64,000 bases of DNA, taken from NCBI GenBank assembly GCA_977020255.1, contig CDROCS010000480.1:744001-808000 (forward strand), written 5' to 3'. Origin of the DNA: Obrimoposthia wandeli. Lineage: Eukaryota. The notes beneath the pieces were generated by a model. It ran no database searches, had not been told where the DNA came from, and saw only the letters and a list, made by a program, of their open reading frames with translations. How positions within the stretch are numbered: the stretch's first letter is position 1; every line of letters begins with the position of its first letter. Both the position numbers and the translations under genes were made by a program. Below, one piece after another: positions 26,892 through 40,109 of this stretch.

Positions 26892-26939
26892 GTCCTCCTG
26901 ATAAGCCCGTCGGGTCAACCGGTTAAGCCGGTCGGGGAC
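26892..26939 (+). ncRNA. Degenerate type I hammerhead ribozyme-like fold
   Basis: Stem I GUCCUC/GGGGAC, core CUGAUAA, stem II GCCC-GUC-GGGU, CAA (instead of GAAA), stem III ACCGG-UUAAG-CCGGU, C17 at 26933. Confidence 0.6.
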
Positions 26940-27936
26940 TGAGATGAAAATAATAATAAAAATGCCAAATGCATAAAAATTTTACCAAACAATTTCCCTA
27001 ATTAAGGAAATTGTTCAATTAATTTTCCAATTAAAGAAATGTTATTTAACTTATTTAAATTATAATTTTTTAATACTTTTTTAAGTTCATTAAGTTCAAA
27101 CAGTTGTTAGAAATGAATTATATTATCAAAAATATTCTCTCATAAAAACACAAATATTTATATGATCTTCCGGAGCCTAATGCAGTGATACTAATAATAA
27201 GTATAGTGTTTTGAAATGAGAAAATTAGTATACATTCCTTCTGCGGATACTCACTGGTGTGTCCTTGTGATCATGATCTGTATAGATTAAATTTGCCGTC
27301 TCTTGGCTATATGCCCAAATCCAAATGTATGCTACCATATTATAGTCAAATTGAAACTGAGAAAATTCTGACAATTTCACAATTATTAAAAACACAAAAT
27401 TATTTTATGTCAATTGACAATTTAACAATGATTAGAAACAATTTCAAACTGATTTAGAATAATTATTGGAGTCAATTTGTAACTCTAATTGAAGCTCTGT
27501 TCATTTTATAAGGAAATAATATCAAGCTGTATCCATAAATCATAATTATTTTAATTTAAAGGTTTTTACTGTTAAATTGACGACGAATATAAGCTTAATA
27601 TTTGATATGCGATAAAACGTAAATCTTATAAATATATACTTTAATATGAAATTGATTATTTTTATATTCAGAGGTATCCAATAGAGATTATTTCATAATA
27701 TCTTATTTATTAAAATATTTTCACTTTCATATTTAATAAATAAATTGGTTAGTTGAAATTTGAGTTTTACAATTATAGAATCAAATTAGTTATTCATCAA
27801 TACTATTCTTTAAATGTATTATTATAAATATAATCTGTCGTTACATTGATTAGAATTTTAAAACTAATTTCAAGTTTGTTGAATTTCTAATCAATTTCTA
27901 TTGGACAAATGAAAATACAATGGAAGTTACATCAAA

Positions 27937-28068
27937 ATGATCCGTAAAATTAGGAAACGTTTGTTATTTTTAGTCATCTGTAATATGGTCACACTTTTCT
28001 ATATCATTTCATTGACAAGGAATACTACATATACACCTAATGAAGAGACGAAAATTTCTACAACACCG
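27937..28068 (+). CDS. MGAT1: MGAT1 exon 1 (type II membrane anchor)
   Basis: MIRKIRKR + hydrophobic LLFLVICNMVTLFYIISL; phase-0 donor gtgagt at 28069. The link to exon 2 is inferred from phase compatibility. Confidence 0.7.
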
Positions 28069-28825
28069 GTGAGTTCATGTAAATTTATAGTATGCATTTA
28101 TAGATTACACAATAATAAATCGGAATTACCAAAATTCTGACATAGTAAAAAAAAATATTCTAAAGAATTAGGATAATATTCAAAATGACTGTATTTAAAC
28201 TAAAGTTATACAATAAATCATGTAGGAATATATGTATAAGAGAATAGAAAGTCCTGTAGTAATAGAATACAATGAATTTATACTGACGTGATTCATACAT
28301 GTAGTCAATATGTATAGGTGTTTACACATAATCACATTTTTCGATGTTTTCGTAGAACGGTAGTTAAAATGGGTTTTAAAGGCTCATCGCCTCAACATAT
28401 CGACGGTAGTTATTCAAGGAATGTCTCAATGTCGTCATGTTTGAACATTTCATACTCATCTCTTATCTCTCAGTGATTATAGTTTTATTGTCGAAATATT
28501 AAGGAGGCTGCTTGATCAGAAAGCACGTTTATAACAAATGAAATATGTAATGGCTCTTGAGAAATCCCTTGAATGAGGCACTCATTCTCAAAAAAATCAT
28601 ATCCGATAAAGTTGTTAGCTTTTGTAAAATGTTCACTTATTTCACGGAAGAAAGCAAGTTAAACTTCTGAGATAATATATTATTTTACAAGCTCAAAGTA
28701 ATGATTACCACGAAGACAATAATCATAAATTTGTGCTCAGTTGCCAATCTTCTGGAAGTTAGTAAGTGCTTGTTTTCGAGGAATTCCTTGAGTCAATGTT
28801 CTTTTAACAACATAAGTCCTTGTCA

Positions 28826-29088
28826 TCTGGGATTCCTAAATTCCACGCACAAACCGGATTAAAACCTGTGAATCATGCCTTAACAACGGTTAATCTCTTT
28901 ATATTTAATTATTATTGAAACCGCTATGTTGAATATATGAATTAATCTTCATTTCTCTGGGATTCCTAAATTCCACGCACAAACCGGATTAAAAACTGTG
29001 AATCATGCCTTAACAACGGTTAATTCTTTATATTTAATTATTATTGAAACCACTATGTTGAATATATGAATCAATCTTCATTTCTCTG
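28826..29088 (+). repeat. 130-bp tandem duplication
   Basis: tgggattcctaaattccacgcacaaaccgg occurs at 28828 and 28958; near-identical units. Confidence 0.92.
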
Positions 29089-30844
29089 TCTACCAAATAT
29101 TAAAATAATTAAAAAATTTGAATACTTTACTATGATTAACTAAAATTGTTTTCTAATATGTTTTCTTAATAAACAAGAAATTATTTAAAATAACTAAATT
29201 ATAAAATTTTCATTTTATTTCTTACAAATTTGTCAAAACCGATTACTCTCTGACAATCATAAGCGGTGCCGTTGGTCGGCGCATGACTCTAACAATGATA
29301 GCATAAATTTGTCAAGATTGTTGTAATCTTCGTAATATATCAGCTGTAATTCAATTTTCGTTGTATTGGTTATTTAATTTGGTCTGAATATGCTAACATG
29401 AATATATTCAATTATTCAATAATTATAAATATTCGATAAAATTATTTCAAAATGAATTAATTGAATTAATCAATATAATTTATATTAAGATAAAGTATTA
29501 CAATATTACAACAATTACAAGAAGCTTGAAAAATACACAGCAAAATTCATAAAATATCTTTGTGGCACATCTTACCTAACATTTCTACTAAATAAAATCC
29601 CTTTTGATAAAATTTTCAGAAAATATATAAGTTAATGAATCTTTTAAAACAAAACTACAGAAAATGAAAAAAGGATTAATGAATCATAAATTAGTTCCAT
29701 AAATTTGATTGTTTTCTCCTTTAATTTTTCAAAATCTTTTGGATTTATTAAATTTCGGGTGCATAATTATTTTTACTGATTCTTAAAACGATTATTTTTA
29801 TTTTATACTTTGTATAGGTTCAGAAACGAATAAATAAAATAACACATGAGCCAGAGGCTTCCTTAAAAATGTAATAAATCCAACCCAATACCCCATTATA
29901 TATATTATATACATATATATATATATATTATACAAGCAATCAATTTGAGATTCAATGCATTAATTAAACTTTTTTTGGTTATTTAGTTATTGATTATGAA
30001 ATTTATTTGAAATATAAAAAGTATACGAAGATTAAAATTTAGCTTTTATACTTAACCGATTGTCAAATACGTGAAGCGTATTTGTTGGAAACCAGAAGCT
30101 ACAAAAAATTAAAATGTAACAACATATTAGAATAGATAGTAATGAATTTTTGTACTGTACATTGATACATTTATACTAAAAACAAGCTGGGGAGCGCTCA
30201 GTATAATCAGCAGATCTTCGCATGGTATCTGTAGATATGCTGTAGGGAGTTTCTCTAATTAATAGTCTCATTAACCTTCATTCAATTTATTCAAGTGCCA
30301 GTGATCACTGCAGTCATTACCATACTGAAATTAGTTCATTTGTTTCCAGAGTTCCACCACGGAATTTACTTTATCACTGTCAGATGATTGCGTTATCTTT
30401 TAAGTCTAACGATAGTTTAATCAGATAACATTTAAGAACTATAATATCAAATAAATACTTAAATTCAACTCATTTTATTAAGGAAACGTTGATAGTAAAA
30501 TTTCAAAAGGCTGAAATGATTCTCAATAATCAAATCATTATTTTTAACATATAGTATGTTACTTATTAATGTTAGTCACTTATCTTTCATTAATCTAATA
30601 AGAAATATTTATAAAATATATTTTACTTTTTTTTATTTGAATTTGAAAAGACAACTTTCAGTTTTAGGATTTTTGAAGCCTTTCAATTTTTATCGATGTT
30701 TATTTGTTTGTAATTTTAACTCTTGATTTTGGCCATAACAAATGATGTTCTAATTAAATTCTAGCTTTGTAGCCTGAGAGGAAAAGATTACGTCAATTTC
30801 CTGATAATATATGGCAATTGTTATTTATTATGAAACTCATTCAG

Positions 30845-31127
30845 ATTCATCCTACAAATCAGTTCGTCTCGCAAGGACTCATTGCTGTTTTGGTCATTAC
30901 TTGTGATCGGAAACCGTACTTGAACCGTACATTGAAATCGCTTTTCCGTCATCATCCCGATCCTGAAAATCCATCGCTTAGTCGATTTCCGATTTATTTG
31001 TCCAACGGATGTCCAGAAACCGATATTGACAGTGTCTTCAATTTATTCAAAAGTCGACTAAGTGGGTATTTTAAATACCTCCCTAATACAGATTCCATTT
31101 TCAGAAAACTAGAAAGTGAGGTACCAG
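30845..31127 (+). CDS. MGAT1: MGAT1 exon 2
   Basis: Acceptor ttcag|; IAVLVITCDRKPYLNRTLKSL..FPIYLS; phase-1 donor gtagag at 31128. Confidence 0.85.
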
Positions 31128-32229
31128 GTAGAGACATTATGGAATTTTAGTTCACTAATTCATTCAGATTCAATGATGTTAGAACAATCAATGCTGCTTG
31201 GCAAGTTCAATTTCTTGATATTTTTATTTTGAAGTTTATGACACACATTTCATTGAAGTTATAAATTAATAAAATTCAAGCTAATAAAAATATATTTCAG
31301 TTAAAACGTCATTATGTAGTCATCATCATCTGAATTAGTGAATTATGTAATAAACTATTCAGTTTAAATGTCTTTAATTCTCGTTGGGATTGGTAATTCT
31401 AAGCAATGGTTGGCTGGTTTAAATGCAGATTCTAATGGGAAAATATTATTTTGTTTTTAGTTTTCTTTGTTTCCATTTCTTAATACTAGGAACTACAAAT
31501 GGTATGTCAACATTTTACCATTATACCACTTCTAAAAGGTATTGTAGGATAAGATGCATAAAAAATTTGGAGCCCATGCAATATCTTGCTCGTTTATCTT
31601 GTATTAGAAATGATTATAATAAACAATATTTTCTACTTCTAATATTTTTACCTTTTACAAACCAATTTAAAACAAAGGTAATATTTATAAATTGAAATTA
31701 AATTCATATTATATTTTTATTTATTATAAATAAAAATATAAAAACATCAAATACGAAATTTAGTCTATTTAAAACTTTCAGGAAATCTGAGAAACTCATG
31801 AAAAAAGTTATAAAAATGTTATAAAAGTTGCTTGTTTGTGGCTTTCATTCAAATCAGACCACAGCAGTGAAATCAAAATTGGATTCGCCTTATCAAAATG
31901 GCAAGGCGGTCAACAATATTTAATAATGTGTTTGTTATTTCAACAAACTAATTTGTTACACAAACCATTTATACAATATATATAAAATATTGATTTTATA
32001 TTTAATCTATATTATTCAATCAAGTATCATTTATTTAATCAAAGTAATTTAATTTTTTGGCTAAATCTTGAATAAAATATCATTCAAATTGCAATAAAAA
32101 TATATAAAGAGTTATGTAATCAGAAACCGGAAGTATCCTATCGAGAAAATCTGTTGATAAAATCCTTGTATACATGTATAAATATAGATTGTGTTTGACG
32201 AATCTGACTCTTTTGAATTATGTATACGA

Positions 32230-32760
32230 TAGAAAACATATCTGGCGGCTACGCTGAAATAAATGTAGTGACGACAAATCAAGCAAAGAAGAATCTTCTC
32301 GAGTCTATGCCAAAGAGTCTAGAATGATATTTCAGTACAACATAAGAAGATATTATGGAACAAGTTTAAAGGAAAGTGAAAAATGGATAAAAGATATAGG
32401 AGTGTGGGTTGGCGCAAATGAAACTAATATCGGGAATACATTTGATTTGCTGTTGTCTGATGAAGCTGAATTATTATGGAAGAATGCAAGTGAAAGGGAA
32501 AATTCAGAAATTGAAGTCAAGAAATGGTCTGTGAAAATTTCCTAGAAAAGAAATCCTTAGTTGAAAAAAGTTTGTGAACTCGCAAATGTGAAGCAAGTAT
32601 AAGGCTAACGTTTCTCAGCGTTCAGCATTAGAGTTAGAAAGCTCGTTGAAACCATGGTGGAAAATAATGTTAGCAAAGATGAGCTAACTGGCGCTTTATT
32701 AAAGATGGAGTAAGAAGTGAAAAACTAAAGAAGCAGTTCTTATTAAAACTGCAGATGTCA
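32230..32760 (+). mobile_element. Possible retrotransposon gag remnant
   Basis: EKWIKDIGVWVGAN..FDLLLSDEAELLW pattern resembles gag capsid domains; weak. Confidence 0.3.
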
Positions 32761-34408
32761 AAAGAAAAAATAGAGGTGTTGGCAAAGATTTTTTAGTGAA
32801 ATTGAAAGATATCTTCTATTTGATTCAAGAAATAAAAGAATGTATATCGAAATGTGTTTATTGTTCCAAAAGAAAAATTGAAACAAGCAGAACAAAAGAA
32901 ATATATATGCCTATAGTCAAATATATATTTTTCTTTCCACAAAACATAACTTAAAGTAATCAAAACAATAAGGTACAACAAAATATAATTATACCTGAAA
33001 TGTTCTTTAAAGTTCAGAAGTAATTACTTTTTTGTTTTATTGGGCTTTGAAATAATTTTAGTGCCAATCACGATGCTTGCTGTGTTGGAAAAAAATCCTT
33101 TAAAGAAAGAAATAACTTGATTATTTTTACAGTTTATGTTTACAGATTACGATTTTTGAAAATTTTAGAATGATAATAATTTATGCTTTAACATAACTGT
33201 TTTTTTTTTTTTTTAATTTTTATTAAATCACGAAATACGGTTTTTTAGTATGTTTCTTTTCTTTTTTAAATTGCTTGGTCGAGAATACTAGAAAATGAAT
33301 AACTAGTGTGAACATTAGTAAGTAATATCAGACATTACTTTACATTTAAGTAATGATTGTGATTGAGTCAATAATTCATGAACGAGACAGGGTTTTTTAG
33401 ATACGCGTCTAACCAATGAGAAGCTAAAAGAAACAAATGAAGTAGTCATGGATGAAATACCAATTATGTCTTCTGAAAACAAGCAAAATGCTAAAATATC
33501 CTCTTCATGACAAATGATTGTGCTAAATAATTGTTTACAGATGGCACAGCGATGAAAGTTTCTATAAAATAACCGATCAAAATTTTCAGACCTAATTTGA
33601 CAGCATGTATCGATGAAATAAAAAACTAAAGAAATACTTTTCTTGGCTAATTGGATTGCTCAATTTAACAGTGTAGAAGAAAGATTTAATCAAGAGTAGG
33701 TGGATGTGTCCGGTCTAATTTACCCCTCTCCGCCTCCCTCCGGAGGTACCACTGTCCTTTAAAACCGTGCATGTGTGTGGAGTGAAATTTCCCCCCAACA
33801 CTCAGAAAAACTAATTAACCCCTTTAAAATTGAAAATATCATAGTACTGCCCCAGAGTGAGGAAGTGCCTGAGAGGCCATCTAAGGGCCAACACGTGCCC
33901 TTCGACCCCGCGGTGGTCTGACGAGCAATACATATACAGGGGCGCGAAAAACCTTTCCTTATAAGAATTTATATCTAGATACATACAAAAGGCTAGTTTT
34001 TCTTACATGTAAACATCTCCCTCCAAACATGTACAGTCAAGAAAATATTTCTATTTTAAATCCAAAGATATACATGTATTCAATCATCAACCAAAATTAA
34101 GAAAATACTATAAATTATTTGAATAATACACTCTTATTGGACATTGAACTCAGTCAACGAAAACTTAAGAAAATAGTTCTATTTTCAAATAAAATATTTT
34201 TTTATCCAATGACATTCACGCATTCAAACGTAGTTAAAAAATTGAGAAAAGCCTACGGATTTTTCAAATAAATTATTTGAATAACCCACTCTCATTGGAC
34301 GACAAAAGAGGGTTAGTCTGTTGTTTTTTGTATATAAGGAAACCTCTTTTCATTATTTTTCATAAATCAAGAATCCCATTCTACAACAACGTTGACCTAG
34401 ACGAAGAG

Positions 34409-34690
34409 ATGGATGTTCAACTGTATGGGGATCTCTCTCCAGTACAGCAGCGAACACCACCACCGGCGCAGTATATTGACTTACTTAGTCAAGACTCGTC
34501 AGTGATGAGCGAAGGAGACGAAGGAGAAGCAGCAGCAAGATCGGAGCTGTTACTAGAAGAATCGCCATTGGCCAGCTCAACTCCGAGAGAAGAACCAATG
34601 AATGCGAGATGTGGGGTACAGAGATCCCAATATAGCGACCTGACTAGTCAGGATTCGATTGAGAATTGGGAAGACTGTACTCCCAGGTAA
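34409..34690 (+). CDS. Acidic/Pro-rich Polinton ORF
   Basis: ATG 34409 lies ~70 nt after GTATATAAG (34330-34338); low-complexity protein; may be the 5' part of the next gene. Confidence 0.45.
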   Translation: MDVQLYGDLSPVQQRTPPPAQYIDLLSQDSSVMSEGDEGEAAARSELLLEESPLASSTPREEPMNARCGVQRSQYSDLTSQDSIENWEDCTPR

Positions 34691-34786
34691 AACACAAAAC
34701 CCAGTCGTCCGGCAACTTTAGTAGTAGCAGCAAGGAGATCCAATCTCTTCGACAATTTTGAGGCGGCAATCAAACGCCCCTGGAAA

Positions 34787-35573
34787 TTGTCTCAGCCGGA
34801 GATAGTACTCGCACCAGACTCAGACGAGGAGCTGTTCACCGATGACGTACCGTCGGATGGGGAGGAGGACTTGACTCCATTCAGCGACGAATGGATACAG
34901 CCAATTATCTGGGCCCCAGGAGCCAACGAGTCGATGGTGGCAGAATTGGACGAAGACGAGTGGCACCTGTTCACCGACGATTGGGATGGTCTCACTCCCT
35001 CTGCAACTCCAACTCCGATAGCCGACAATACGATACCTGAACCGTTCAGAAGGCCGCAATCTCCGATACGTCCTGTTAGGAGAATAAAGGTGACGAATGA
35101 GGTTAGTCTATTAATTTATTTAAAATGTTTTTTTATTTCAATTTTAGAAACTTCAACTGGATTTGGCACCGTCACTGACCACGGTGGAGAGGCTGATTGA
35201 ACCGCAGTACTTGGCGAGTCAATGTAGCCAGAAGGATCCAAGGAGTGAGCAGCGATACCTACCGACTCCGGATAAAATTGAGGTAAATTATTATAAATTA
35301 GATAATAATTTTAATTATTCACATAGGAAGCCAAATTGGTGGAGGAAATTTGGGAGGAGGCAACTCTCAAACTACCCAAGGATAAAAAGCAACCGGTAGT
35401 GAGGAAACTGCGACGCCATCGTGTAAAAACTTCAACTGTCCACAAGAAGAAGGCCAAGTTGGTAAAACAGCCTAACTTGTCTGTCATTGAAGTAAATTAT
35501 TTATATGTTTAAATTTTATTGATATTTTTTATTGCAGGAACCAATACAATTAACTGAGGAGACATGGGGCTAA
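34787..35573 (+). CDS. Spliced acidic Polinton accessory gene (4 exons)
   Basis: Phase-0 GT-AG introns 35102-35147, 35283-35326 and 35492-35537 join stop-free exons; same architecture at 20050-20676. Confidence 0.75.
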
Positions 35574-35735
35574 ATTTCTCCTTTTTTACATTAAATTTTT
35601 TTAGGTTATAGATTTATTAAACTTTCATTTGATAAATAAAAATATATATCATTTAATTGAATGTGATTGGATTAAAAATATCTTAAATTTATATATATAT
35701 AGGTTCAAATTTATTAACCTCTTCATAATTAAAAA

Positions 35736-36086
35736 ATGGAATTCATTAAAATGAAAAGTCTGGTGACGAAGATTGAAGAAAACATCGTGAGAAATGAAAA
35801 GATAGAAGATTTAAGAAATAGTGTCTTCAATCAGAATCTGTACGCTGCTGTCGCGCCCGAGTGGAATCGTCGGGTGGAGATTCAGGACAGGCGGCTAGCA
35901 GAACGAAAACGGATCGTGGAGTGGAACAAAAAGATGGAATTGGAAAAAAAGAAACTAGAAAAAAAAAGAAAGGAGATGGAGGACAATCAGCGAGCTGCAA
36001 GAAAGAGAATCCTCCAGATTAAACCGGAAGATTTTTTGAATATTTTTTTTGTATTTATTGATTATTTTTGTTACATAATTGTCTAA
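35736..36086 (+). CDS. Coiled-coil-like Polinton ORF, unknown function
   Basis: Open 116 aa, E/K/R-rich heptad-like sequence. Confidence 0.5.
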   Translation: MEFIKMKSLVTKIEENIVRNEKIEDLRNSVFNQNLYAAVAPEWNRRVEIQDRRLAERKRIVEWNKKMELEKKKLEKKRKEMEDNQRAARKRILQIKPEDFLNIFFVFIDYFCYIIV

Positions 36087-36456
36087 ATATTTTACATAAT
36101 CATACTCAATATAAACAATTTTATATATAATATTTTTTTTAACATGGATAATAAAAATTGGAATAAATTATATATTAAATTATCTCCTGATTTAATGGAA
36201 GATTATAAAAAAAAATTACTTCTCAGAAAATAATACTTCTAAAATTGTTGGAGATAAAATATATAATTTAATTTTGAAATATTTAGGTATGTTTACATTT
36301 AATATAATTTATTTTAATATTCATAGGAGAATTGACAATATATACCAATCTTAACATGAAAAAATGAATCCTGAGTACTTTGTTATTTTAATAAATTTTT
36401 GATTAATAGTTTTTTTCGTTATAAACAACAGGATTTGCTTCAAATTAGGGTAATTA

Positions 36457-36950
36457 TGCAAGAATATATCATAGATTTTGAGGCTTTCATTAACTAAATT
36501 GGAGATTATATTATAAAAGAATTATGTATTATGGATGTATGCGACGTTTTTCATCCTTTGCATTTCATATTTCATATATATATCCCGTTTAGAAGTTTAG
36601 ATTATAAGAAAAAAATTACTAATTTATATCTAACTAATTATTTTCATTTATTAAAATGGAAAGGACATAAGGGTTTTTGTGAAATATGTATTTTCGATAC
36701 AATAAAATCTAATTTTTATATAGAAAATGGAATTTTTTATGTTTTAGATGAAATGGACGGCAAAAAGTATAAGAATTAAAAAAAATATTTTCCAAATTTG
36801 AGATTGAATACTTTAATATTTCACGTGATCATCTATTAAAAATTCCACAAAAATATTTGCTGTCCATATCGTGATCATGGTGACCACTGCGCATATAAAA
36901 AATGTTTAAGTCTATCTTATGATTACTTGACAGGTATATAAACAATTCTT
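36457..36950 (+). pseudogene. DEDD-exonuclease-like accessory gene
   Basis: MQEYIIDFEAF..KELCIMDV..CPYRDHGDHCAYKKC; stops and frameshifts; homolog of 4120-4611. Confidence 0.65.
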
Positions 36951-37183
36951 CTAATTAGAGAAATTCATTATTTACAAATTTTTCATCCAATTACAAATAA
37001 TCCTTTTAATTGGAGGAATAATAAATATTAAAAATAATATTATCAACTAATAACATATAAACAATCCTTCTCAGTTTCAATTCAATATTTTCATTCAATA
37101 AGAAAAGAGTATGTGTGCATATATTTTAGTATATAAGCAAACACCTTCTTAATTTAAATCCCCGACTATTTGAAATAATGACT

Positions 37184-37573
37184 ATGATAAGAAACTATAT
37201 TTTTTATTTCTTTATTAATATTTAATTTTAGATTACATGTAATCTGTTTCCAGCATATTGTGGTGCTTCAGCTCCGCATGGAGGAGAGTCGTGCATGGAG
37301 ATAATGTTTGCTTACTATCGGAAAAAGTCTCATGGGCTTCCATTTTTTGTCTGCCCCTTCTGCAGAACAATGGAGGAGAAGGAGTTTCGAGACTTCTTCG
37401 GTGAACATCGAGATCACCTATCCTGTTTCACGGCCAACAACAAGAAGAGAACTATCATGCAGTTGATGCGACATTCGCAGGCCGCTCCAGCTCCAATTCC
37501 AGTTGCAGTCGTTCAACCCGTTTACTGTCCTGCGATTGGTCCTTCTCTCCCATCGCCTCATCCCCTCAAATGA
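37184..37573 (+). CDS. Cys/His-rich putative Zn-binding ORF
   Basis: Exon from 37232 ITCNLFPAYC..SC..FFVCPFC..HRDH; start codon inferred at 37184 via a non-canonical intron. Confidence 0.55.
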
Positions 37574-37794
37574 ATAACAATGAGTGGATGAACGACATCT
37601 CCCAAGAAGATTTTGAGATGGAGCAGGGGAGCGACAACAGCTGGTTGGAGACCATCGAGGAATCCGATTTCGTCGAGTTAACAGACGACAGCTGGATGGA
37701 TTCTGTCAATGAAGAGGACTTCCAATCAGCTACAGTTGGATTGCCTTCATTAGGTATTTTTTATTATTATTTTTCTGATTATTTTTTAAAATTG

Positions 37795-37825
<31 letters not shown>

Positions 37826-40060
37826 TTTTTTATTCAGGAAATACCTTGATACAGTCGTCATCCGCTACGACATCTATGCATCCCTTTTGCGAGTGCCTAC
37901 ATCGATGTTTGCATGCCTTAGAGGTAATAATTTTAAAAAATATATTTATTTTTAATATATTTATTTCAGCAGATGCAGAAGCAGGGGTCTACAACAGCCG
38001 CTTCTTCGTCGGCAATGTCAGCTACTCCTACTTCAAATGCAGCATCTACTGTCTCATCATATGCGGTAGCATCTACTTCAGCTGCGATTGCCTCAACATC
38101 GGAAGCATCACCAATAGCAGCACCTTCCACATCAGCTGCGATTAATATAACTAGTTGTTTTCCTGTTCAATTAGGGGGAGGTTTGTAGGAAGAAAGAGGC
38201 GAGGCCAATTTCTTAATAAGGTCCCACCAAAAAAACGTAGAGAAAACGGTGCTACTATAGAGTATCACCTAAATAATAAATATGTTATAGTTAAGGTGCC
38301 ATTAGGAAATGAAATTTTATTAAACGTACGTGTAGATTCAAATATTGAAAATCTGTTAAAATCAGAAGTGACTAAATTAGGACAGGCTAAGGTTCAATTT
38401 TGCGCAACAGTGCAGTTTAAAAATATCAATGAGGAGACTAAAACTTGGGTAATTTCACATAGAGCAACTGTTTTCTATGATACTTTTGTAACTAAAATTG
38501 GAAGAAACCTTGATGAAAATATTGCTAATTATAGCGAGTTAAGTAGTGGATGGACTCTAATTAAAATTCACGATGTTAGCGTTGTTCTAACAAAGTTCAC
38601 TGACATGATATATCTTTCGGGGAGTTCATACATTCCTTCACCTAGATCTCTTCTACTTTCACGTTCCATTGTTAACGTACAAAACTGTGATAACCTTTGC
38701 TTTCTGTATAGCGTGTGGCCATCCTCAAAATAAATGTAATTATTGAGCATAGAGAGCGTGTCAGTAAATATACTCCTTTTTTAAATGAATTGCAGTATCA
38801 TGGAATAGATTTTCCTGTTAAATTAACTGCGATATCAAGATTTGAACATCTTAATAACTTGAGTATTAATGTATTCAAATATAATACTGATATCCCAGTT
38901 ATTGTAACAGATGATGAAATTTTAAAATATCTTTTTGTAGATGTAATTTATAGGAGCAAAAATAAGTGGACTCAGGTCAACTTAATTTTGCTCGAACATA
39001 ATAAAAAATTATATTATGCTGCAATTCCCAATTTAGATCGTCTTCTAAATTTAGATAATGGAGCCTTACCGGTTAGGATAAGGTGTAAGTGGTGTCATAT
39101 ATGTTTACATGGATTCCAATCCGAGCTCTCTTACAGCAAACATCTGACACTATGTTCACTAAATCCTGATGATAATACGCTAAATAGCATGCCCAAGGAT
39201 AAGGATTTAAAATTCAGGGATTTGGCAAAATGCATACTCGTGGAATTCAGGGTGAATGCTGATTTTGAGTCAATTCTAGCATTGCACGACCAGTATGAGA
39301 GTATTCACCTACCGGCTTCGACAGGACTACTATTCTTAGGCCCCAATATTACATAGTATCATAAATTTTCCGGTCCAAATTGTATTTTAGATTTTATGTT
39401 AAAATTAGAAGAATTAGGAACAACAATTGTCAAACACTGGTATGATCTTAATGCTCATCAAGCAATGATCATGACAGGCATAGACTGGGTTAATTTTAAT
39501 TATTGTAGATTATATTATTTGTGTGGAACCCAGTCTAAGTTGGTCAGAGATCACGATCATGTTACGGGGCGATACTTGGGAGCGGCGTGCAACCTCTGTA
39601 ACCTTGGCCGTCGTCTCCCTAAAAAACCACGCATTCCCATCGTGTTTCATAATCTCAAAGGATATGATTTGCATCATATACTTAAATACGCGTTGGGTAC
39701 ATTATGCTCTTAGGAAATTTCATGTATACCTCAAACTTCAGATAAATATTTATCTTTAACTGCATATACTGAATTCTGCAGTTTAAGATTCATAGATTCT
39801 CTGCAGTTTTTGAGTGGTTCTTTAAAAAATTTAACGGCATCTTTAAATGCATGGCCAATCACACAGTCAGTGTTCCCAGCTTCGGTTAACGATAAGGGGA
39901 TTTTTTAAATTTTAGATCCCTATGGCACCTTGATATGGCACTTTTTGTTATTTCAATACTTTTTTTAGGTTGGGCCTTATCTTTGCTGACAGATCTCATT
40001 GTGATTTTGTGTTTAATAAATGTATTAAAAAAAATTCGTCTTATGTCTTTTATGTCTTTT
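37570..40060 (+). pseudogene. pPolB with spliced low-complexity N-terminal exons; frameshifted and 3'-truncated
   Basis: Introns 37754-37837 and 37924-37969; SGSSYIPSP..IVNVQNCDNLCF, VRDHDHVTGRYLGAACNLCNL, VFHNLKGYDLH, LRFIDSLQFLSGSL. Catalytic palm not seen. Confidence 0.9.
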
Positions 40061-40109
40061 ATTCTTATATTTTTTAAGGATTTAAAAAATAATTCAAAAT
40101 AAAACATTA

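Noticed and set aside
28330-28810. Decayed coding-like stretch on the minus strand in MGAT1 intron 1
   Set aside because: No recognisable motif; cannot be assigned.
33895-33955. CTGACGA...GCGAAA hammerhead-like core in the left subterminal region of element B
   Set aside because: Stem II has only 2 bp and no stem III or NUH cleavage site can be formed.
34792-35059. Minus-strand ORFs over the acidic gene
   Set aside because: Antisense shadows of a GC-richer coding region.
39895-39925. Possible intron in pPolB (KG...ttttag|IPY)
   Set aside because: No GT donor and only ~20 nt; indistinguishable from decay.
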